DNA from: an uncultured Acidobacteriota bacterium
GTDB taxonomy: Bacteria > Acidobacteriota > UBA6911 > RPQK01 > JAPXNP01
Assembly (NCBI GenBank): GCA_963777605.1
Contig: CAVZRV010000029.1
Coordinates: 1 to 64,000, forward strand
DNA: 64,000 bases
Direction of reading: 5' to 3'
The position numbers and the translations under genes are program-made. Within the stretch, counting starts at the first letter, position 1; every line of letters begins with the position of its first letter. Below the pieces are notes generated by a model. That model was not told the DNA's origin. It worked only from the letters and a program-made list of their open reading frames with translations, and made no database searches. This document shows positions 57,862-64,000 of the stretch, in pieces.

Positions 57862-60003
57862 TTATTCTGACGCCAGGCGAGGAAGCAGCGTGAAGGTGTC
57901 TTCCACGTGAGCGGTCTCGCGATCCTGAAAATTCGGCAGAAGAGCGAAGACCTGGTAATCGCCCGGATCGAGTGAAGCCGTCTCGATGTAGGCGGCGAAG
58001 TGAATCACCTTCTTGTCTTGAGACACGATCGCCTGACCTCCGGCCCTGACTCCCGGAACGGGAGAATCATCCCGAAGAAGTCCCATCTGCATGCCGCCGG
58101 CAGCGGCGGTGCAGTCCGCCTCGGTCGGGTTGTAGAGATCGTAGAGAACGAACACCACGTCTCCCTGGCGGAATTCGCTTCCCGGTTCCGGTATGTAGGT
58201 CAGGTTGCCGGCCTCGAGCAGGCCGGCTTCGGGATCACTTTCTCGTGCCGGGTCAATCCGCTCTACCCTCCGCGTCAGCAGCAGTGAACCGGGCGTGGAT
58301 GGCTTCCTGAAATCGGGGACATCGAGAGCCTCTTCCAGTGTCCCCAGGTCTCCCGACTCGAGATTCTGCAAAACAATCTGCCAGCGATAGGGTCCGGGAG
58401 CCAGCTTCTGGGAGCCGTTGACGGAAACCCGCGCGGTCTCGTCGCGACGGGCCGATTCCAGGTCTCGGCGTGTGAGCTGGTACATAGCGCGGCTCTCGTC
58501 GTAGGTAGGCATTTGGGTCAGGCCCGTGGGACTGATTCGAGTGAGCGCCGCCATCTCGAGCTTGACGTCCTTCAACTTCTCCGGGTTCCCGGCGAAGTTC
58601 AACGGGTGGACTCCGACGCTACTGACCAGAACGGCATCGTGTTCCGGGTCGGCAAAAAAGTCGAGTCTTCCGGTGAGGACGAACTGCTGGGAGGAACCTC
58701 CCAGCAGCGCGCGGTAGAGCGCGACCTCCCGTTCCTGTTTCGATTCGTGGCCGGCTTCCTGCGGTTCGTAGTAGCCCTTGACCGTTTCTACGCGGGCACC
58801 TGAGACGGATACGGCAACGTTGATCTTCTTGAACTTGCCGCGGTTTCCGCGCTCCTTTGGGTAGTAGTCGAGGACGTAGTAGTCCTGGGCGTCTTCCACG
58901 ACTTCGTCCAGAATCGCCCCCATGTCGTTGATGTTCTCAATCGCTTTTCCGCCCGTTCCACCGGCGAGCGATGCGAGCCCGGACTGGTATTCGACGGTGC
59001 GCATCTGGTCGGCCAGGACACCCCCGCGCTGGTGGCGCCGGGTCGAAGCGCCGGTCCAGGGGAGGGCTGAGCGGGGGGAATCGACGTCGATTCCCGTGTC
59101 GAGGCCCTTGGGATCCATCGTGTAGAAGCTGACCCGGTGGTTGACGGCGAGCGAGGTGACTTCGTCCATGAGCGTTGCCGTGTCCTTGTCGACGGGCAGC
59201 CCGGGCCGAAACAGGACAACAATCTTCTTACCCGGAAGCAGGGAGACTTTCTCAATCATCTCCTTGTAACGAAACAGGGCCATCCGTCCAAAAAGCGGAA
59301 GCTGACGGTCGATTCGTTCCACGGAAAAGTAATTCATCTGATCGATCCGCCCGGGAATCAAGGGTTCGTACCCGAATCCCGACATCAAGGTCAGCTGCCC
59401 CTGCTCACTTTGGATTTCTTCGGCGATCCGTCTCTCCAACTCCATGTCGGACATCTGGGTGACGGAGCTTTCGACTACCGGTTTCATCGCCCCTTCACCA
59501 TAGGGACTCTTGCTCATGCGCTCGAGGATGGCTTCGAGGACTTCTCTGCTTCCCGTAAAGGGCATGCCTGCCAGCGAGATTCGAAAGCCGGGCTGGAGCT
59601 GTTCTTCCACAAAGGATCGCAGGGAGGGGAATGCTCGAACGAACTCGGATGCATTGCCGAACTCGCACGCGATGTAAATCCAGGTCGGCTCGGGAATGGA
59701 GACCTCTGCCTGCTCATCGGCGGCTACTGTGGCGGGGCCAGACTCCGCACTTCCAGGTGAGAGCTGTTTGAGTGCTGAAACATATCGGGCACCCCGCACC
59801 TCCTGGATTACCCCGTCCTCCTTGACTTGGAAATCCCCCGGGGTCAACCCCACGATCGGTTTCCCGTCGTGGTCGGTCACCCTGACTTCAATCTGAACGA
59901 GACGTACTTCAACGTACTCGGGATCAACTTCCTGGGAAGGAAGAGCTTCCTGGGAGGGTACGAGAGTGGTTCCAAGCAGTCCGAACAAGAGCCAGGTCGG
60001 CAT
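57862..60003 (-). CDS. Secreted VWA-related (Acidobacteria-type) protein
   Basis: VQIEVRVTDHDGKPIVGLTPGDFQVKEDG, LPGKKIVVLF, LAGGTGG, YYVLDYYP and GKFKKINV..GYY. Confidence 0.85.
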   Translation of the reverse strand: MPTWLLFGLLGTTLVPSQEALPSQEVDPEYVEVRLVQIEVRVTDHDGKPIVGLTPGDFQVKEDGVIQEVRGARYVSALKQLSPGSAESGPATVAADEQAEVSIPEPTWIYIACEFGNASEFVRAFPSLRSFVEEQLQPGFRISLAGMPFTGSREVLEAILERMSKSPYGEGAMKPVVESSVTQMSDMELERRIAEEIQSEQGQLTLMSGFGYEPLIPGRIDQMNYFSVERIDRQLPLFGRMALFRYKEMIEKVSLLPGKKIVVLFRPGLPVDKDTATLMDEVTSLAVNHRVSFYTMDPKGLDTGIDVDSPRSALPWTGASTRRHQRGGVLADQMRTVEYQSGLASLAGGTGGKAIENINDMGAILDEVVEDAQDYYVLDYYPKERGNRGKFKKINVAVSVSGARVETVKGYYEPQEAGHESKQEREVALYRALLGGSSQQFVLTGRLDFFADPEHDAVLVSSVGVHPLNFAGNPEKLKDVKLEMAALTRISPTGLTQMPTYDESRAMYQLTRRDLESARRDETARVSVNGSQKLAPGPYRWQIVLQNLESGDLGTLEEALDVPDFRKPSTPGSLLLTRRVERIDPARESDPEAGLLEAGNLTYIPEPGSEFRQGDVVFVLYDLYNPTEADCTAAAGGMQMGLLRDDSPVPGVRAGGQAIVSQDKKVIHFAAYIETASLDPGDYQVFALLPNFQDRETAHVEDTFTLLPRLASE

Positions 60004-60275
60004 TCTTCTACCTCACTTCAGATGGAACTGGTATCAGGTCGCGCAGACAGCGGGTCACACTGCGCAGAACCTGTTACACGCCCATTCTAGACAAAGCCGA
60101 TGGAAAAGGCTTGAAGGATTACTCCGAACGTACTCTCGCCCTCAGCAGGGCCTTCGGGCAGGGTGGCACGACCACGGGACCGAAGCACTCCACCTTGTTG
60201 ACCCTTTTTGGTGTGCCGGATTGGGCTCGGTGCGCTATTCTGGGTTGGATGCGGCATCGGATGATTCCGCCCGGC

Positions 60276-61496
60276 CTAAGGCGTCTCGGGCTCGTTCTCG
60301 ACGCCAGCGGGAAAGCTCGCCAAACCCGCCGTGGTCCACTGGGCGAGCTGCTGTTCGAGTTGAGTACGTTGGGTTTCGGAGATCCGCTCGGCCGGCATGA
60401 TCTTCAGGTAGAGACTGAGGGCTTCGGCAGCGGACTGGATCTGTCCCCGATGTGCGTGCATCACTCCAAGTGGGAGCAGTCCGAAGGGATACTCATCCCG
60501 AAATCCCAGTTCGTAGAGGCTGGTCAGGGACCGAACGCCCTGTTCGAAATCACCGAGGTAATAGCCGGCGAGGCCGTGCCAGTAAAGCGCGGGAGCGAAC
60601 CCTGAATCGAGCGCAATCACTTTTCCGGACCACTCGGCAGTTTCCTTCCAGTCGCTGCGCTGAACGGCCATCTGGGCGAGGCCCATATAGGGCTGGACGA
60701 ACTTTGGTTCTGCCTCGATCGCTTTCAGGAATGAAGCCCTGGCCTTTTCGGAGTCGCCACGACTCATCTGAACGCGGGCCAACAGATCCCAGGCGGCGGA
60801 AAACTCGGGGTACTTATCGACCGCCTTCAGGAGTTCTTTTGAAGCCTTCTCGGTGTTCGGCTTTTCCTCTGCAAGCTCTTCATTCGCTTTCCTGAATGCC
60901 TTGCGAGCATCATCGGGAGCAGAAAGAGTTCTGAGGCTGACCGTGGTGGCTTCCGCGTCGCTCAGCTTTCTAACAATGATTCTGCCGATATCAGGGTTAT
61001 CGAATGAACTGCGGGTTCGAAGCGAAATCCGGTTGGATGCAAAGCCGGGGATCGGAGCGGCACGAACTTCGCAGCCCATCAGAGTAGTGCGGCCCTGTCC
61101 CATTGACGGGACTTCGTCGGCCTTGGCCGGGCCGGTTGCAGAGGCTACCTTGGTGGAACTCTCGACGGATCCATTTGCGCTGCCTCCCATGCCGGGATCC
61201 ATCCAGTCCTCAGTCCTGGGGGAACCGACCTCCAGAAAGAAGCTCCCGTCGGTTGTTGTGAGTGTCTGCTGTGTGATTCGGCCGTTGCAGACCAGGTCGA
61301 CTTGAACCAGGTTCTTGAGGTGACTCCCATCCGCCATCACGACCTGGCCGCTCAACACCACCGGTGCCGTTGCTGGAAATCTTCGGTGATGTGTGTTCTC
61401 GGGCGAACTCTGGCTTGACCACGCCTGGCCCATGAGCGGGGCGGCGTCCAGCAGTGCGACAACAGCCAACAGGAGCGTGGCTGCCCTAATCGACAT
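60276..61496 (-). CDS. Secreted TPR-repeat protein
   Basis: Signal peptide; TVSLRTLSAPDDARKAF; TPR motifs KAVDKYPEFSAAWDLL and KAIEAEPKFVQPY. Confidence 0.82.
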   Translation of the reverse strand: MSIRAATLLLAVVALLDAAPLMGQAWSSQSSPENTHHRRFPATAPVVLSGQVVMADGSHLKNLVQVDLVCNGRITQQTLTTTDGSFFLEVGSPRTEDWMDPGMGGSANGSVESSTKVASATGPAKADEVPSMGQGRTTLMGCEVRAAPIPGFASNRISLRTRSSFDNPDIGRIIVRKLSDAEATTVSLRTLSAPDDARKAFRKANEELAEEKPNTEKASKELLKAVDKYPEFSAAWDLLARVQMSRGDSEKARASFLKAIEAEPKFVQPYMGLAQMAVQRSDWKETAEWSGKVIALDSGFAPALYWHGLAGYYLGDFEQGVRSLTSLYELGFRDEYPFGLLPLGVMHAHRGQIQSAAEALSLYLKIMPAERISETQRTQLEQQLAQWTTAGLASFPAGVENEPETP

Positions 61497-61645
61497 CGGT
61501 GTTGACTCCTTCTTGCGAGACTCGCGCGTTGACACTCCCGCTCTGCAAACCCCGAAGTGAACAACCGTCCAACCATCTTATCCCGCAGACATCGTCAGAT
61601 CAATGCTCGTTTAGCTGAAGCCGGTCCGTCAGTCTTTCGGAAGTG

Positions 61646-63466
61646 TTACTCCCATTCGATGGTGCCCGGCGGCTTCGAAGTCAGATCGACGGCAACGGCG
61701 GAAATCCCCGGCAATGCGGAAATTGACTCGTTGAGCTCGTTCAAGAGTACATTGGGAAGGCGAGCCGCAGAAGCAGTCATCGCGCGCTCGGAATGAACCG
61801 GGCGAATAATGCAGAGTTCGCTTCCCCGATTGCCGATTCGAACCGGGGCGAGTACAGTGGGGCACTGCCAGATACGGTGGTAAATTCCATATTGGCTCAG
61901 GCCGTTCATCACGATGTCGTCGGCCTCCCGCAGCAAGTCGAGCCGTTCCCGGGTAACCGTCGCGGGCAAGGTGTCGATATCGCGGGAGATTGTGGCTCCG
62001 AGGCTCCAGATGCAGCGGTTTATCCCCGAGACCTCTTTCAGGATCGAACCGGCCGCCTCGATCATTCGGTCCCAGGTGCTGTGACCGCTCAGTATCACCG
62101 GGTGTTCGTAGGCGCGCAGGTCGGCCTTGACCCCTACCGAGCGAATCGGCAGGATTCGCCCGTCAACCCGAAATTTCGAGGCGATCTTCGCTACCTGCTC
62201 GATGGCCTGGGGAGTGGCACCGTCGGCCTCGTCACCTCGGGAACAGAGGAGGCGGACTCCAAGACCCGGACCTGGGAACGGGTGCCGCCAGATCAGGTCG
62301 TGGGGGACTCCCAGCCGTTCGCCCAGTTCCCGTACCTCGACCTTGTAAAGGTCAACCAGCGGTTCAACTACCCGGCCCTCGGCAATCATCCGGTTGATCA
62401 CGGGAACCCGATTGTGATGAGTCTTGATCACATCGGACCTCCTGGTTCCACCGGTTTCGATGGTGTCCGGGTAAATCGTGCCCTGGCCGAACAGGTAACG
62501 CTCGATCCCCAACCGCTTCGCCTCCCGGTTGAAAACCTCGACGAAGGTATTCCCGATGATTTCCCGTTTCTTCTCGGGGGCCACCTCTCCCTCCAGAGCA
62601 CGGAGAAAGTCGACGCTCGCGTCAACAAAATGGAGGTGGCTGTCCAGCCCCAGTTCTCGGAACATTTCGATTACCTGACTGCTCTCGTTCTTTCGCATGA
62701 GGCCGTTGTCGATGTGGAGAAGACGGACCCGATCCGGTCCCAGGGCGTTGGCGAAGAGCTTCGCGGCAACCGTGGAATCAACGCCGCCCGAAGCCAGCAA
62801 GAAGACCGAGTTGTCACCGACGTCCTTCTGAATCCGCCGGGTGACTTCGTCGGCGTACGCGCCCATCGACCAGGTTGGACGGCAGCCACAGATGTTCCGG
62901 GCGAAATTGGCGATCATCTCGTCGCCGTTAATGGTGTCATCGACTTCGGCGTGGAACTGGAATCCGTAACGGCGTAGCTTGTCCGAGCCGATGGCCGCGT
63001 AACGGTGAACGGGGCCGCCGTCGGCGAGTTGCGTGTAGCCCAATTCTTCGAAGTCGGGCCCCAGCGATGAAACCGAGTCGAAGTGACTCATCCAGACTTG
63101 TTCAGTCGGCCCGAGTCCTTCGAAGAGCGGGTGGCCTCTCGAGAGATGCATCCGGGCGCAGCCCCATTCGCGGCCACCGTGAACGACCGTCCCCCCGTAG
63201 TGTTTCGCCATTTCCTGGTGGCCGAAGCAGAGCCCGAGAATCGGGATGTCGAGATCGTAAATCTCCTTGTTGTAGTCCGAGTCCTCGCCCTGCGAGGAGA
63301 GTGCGGGACTGCCCGAGATGATCACTCCCTTGTAGCGGCGGAAAACTTCGGTGGGGTCTTCCGGTTGGCGGATTTCGGCGAAAATCTGCTGGCGCCGGAC
63401 TTTCGTGGCGATGAGATGGGCGTACTGGCCGCCAAAATCGATAACAGCTATCGCGTCATGTTTCAT
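61646..63466 (-). CDS. guaA: Glutamine-hydrolysing GMP synthase (long form, 606 aa)
   Basis: DFGGQY, GLCFGHQ, QFHAEV, SGGVDS, QGTIYPD, IKTHHN, HPFPGPGLG and SKPPGTIEWE. Confidence 0.97.
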   Translation of the reverse strand: MKHDAIAVIDFGGQYAHLIATKVRRQQIFAEIRQPEDPTEVFRRYKGVIISGSPALSSQGEDSDYNKEIYDLDIPILGLCFGHQEMAKHYGGTVVHGGREWGCARMHLSRGHPLFEGLGPTEQVWMSHFDSVSSLGPDFEELGYTQLADGGPVHRYAAIGSDKLRRYGFQFHAEVDDTINGDEMIANFARNICGCRPTWSMGAYADEVTRRIQKDVGDNSVFLLASGGVDSTVAAKLFANALGPDRVRLLHIDNGLMRKNESSQVIEMFRELGLDSHLHFVDASVDFLRALEGEVAPEKKREIIGNTFVEVFNREAKRLGIERYLFGQGTIYPDTIETGGTRRSDVIKTHHNRVPVINRMIAEGRVVEPLVDLYKVEVRELGERLGVPHDLIWRHPFPGPGLGVRLLCSRGDEADGATPQAIEQVAKIASKFRVDGRILPIRSVGVKADLRAYEHPVILSGHSTWDRMIEAAGSILKEVSGINRCIWSLGATISRDIDTLPATVTRERLDLLREADDIVMNGLSQYGIYHRIWQCPTVLAPVRIGNRGSELCIIRPVHSERAMTASAARLPNVLLNELNESISALPGISAVAVDLTSKPPGTIEWE

Positions 63467-63758
63467 ATTGTTAAGTCTTCAACGGGCCGGCGGTGCCTCC
63501 ACCGGGCGCTTTTCTTTCGTTTCTTCCGGCCACATTCTCTCGCTTTTGAGCCCGGCTCTCCAGTGAAACGGAAGGTCCGCCCGAAACGTATTAATAATGT
63601 TTGCATCTGAGATGAGGGTCCGATCTGCGATGAAAGTGTGCGGCCGCCATCCACGTTCAGGGCTTCAGTCGAGCAAAACTATCCTTATCGGTGCGGGCTC
63701 GCAATTTCTTTGTAACATCCCACAGGGGTCGCGGCGTTACATTGCTTGAGGAATAAGT

Positions 63759-64000
63759 GTGAAGAAACTGTTGCTGGTGTTATCGCTGCTGATTGTACTG
63801 GGTCTTGTCGGGTTCCGGCTGTACCAGGAAATGACCACCGCGGAAGTTGCCGCTGCCGATGGTCCTCCTGGAATGCAACAACAGGCGTCGATGTTGGTGG
63901 AAACGGCCACGGCTGAGCCCAAGGTCTTTTCAACGCGTCTGGACGTTCTGGGTGAGCTGGAACCGCTCTACTCGGTCGAGGTGATGTCGAGAGTGAGCGG
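63759..64000 (+). CDS. Efflux RND/ABC periplasmic adaptor subunit (5' part; frameshifted; runs off the window edge)
   Basis: GAGG SD; N-terminal KKLLLVLSLLIVLGLVG anchor; GELEPLYSVEVMSRVS typical of MacA/HlyD N-termini. Confidence 0.62.
   Translation, partial: MKKLLLVLSLLIVLGLVGFRLYQEMTTAEVAAADGPPGMQQQASMLVETATAEPKVFSTRLDVLGELEPLYSVEVMSRVS

Noticed and set aside
14723-64000. Horizontally acquired GC-rich island inside a Bacteroidota chromosome
   Set aside because: No mobility genes or att repeats are present at the junction, both flanking genes are cut mid-domain, and the segment carries its own housekeeping and lineage-typical genes. An artefactual join is more parsimonious.

Overview
The window is two unrelated DNA segments joined abruptly at about 14,720-14,730, with a gene truncated on each side. 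The left segment (1-~14,720) is AT-rich Bacteroidota, probably Flavobacteriaceae-like, DNA. It carries a YpfJ-like peptidase, an RluA pseudouridine synthase, panB, an NTF2-like protein, sdaA, dnaK, three secreted amidohydrolase-fold genes (two with degenerate metal sites), an NRAMP-like transporter, an esterase, a PaaI thioesterase and a truncated menF. The right segment is GC-rich and Acidobacteriota-like (VWA, wHTH-TolB-TPR and BON proteins). Its main blocks are: (i) a co-oriented 17-kb minus-strand cluster with two B12-type radical SAM enzymes, a giant cyclic beta-1,2-glucan synthase flanked by two tiny membrane peptides, and an FtsH that has lost its HEXXH motif; (ii) a DtxR / membrane-anchored DtxR-FeoA / split FeoB / outer-membrane barrel operon; (iii) a PAS3-MCP-CheR-CheD-CheW3 chemosensory operon lacking CheA, CheB and CheY; (iv) Fur/PerR, a degenerate repeat cluster, a sigma54-type BON gene with a structured leader, and guaA. 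Many genes, including dnaK and panB, have 1-bp frameshifts that look like long-read indel errors. No rRNA, tRNA, CRISPR array or transposase was recognised. All assignments come from motif recognition by eye, and no database searches were run.
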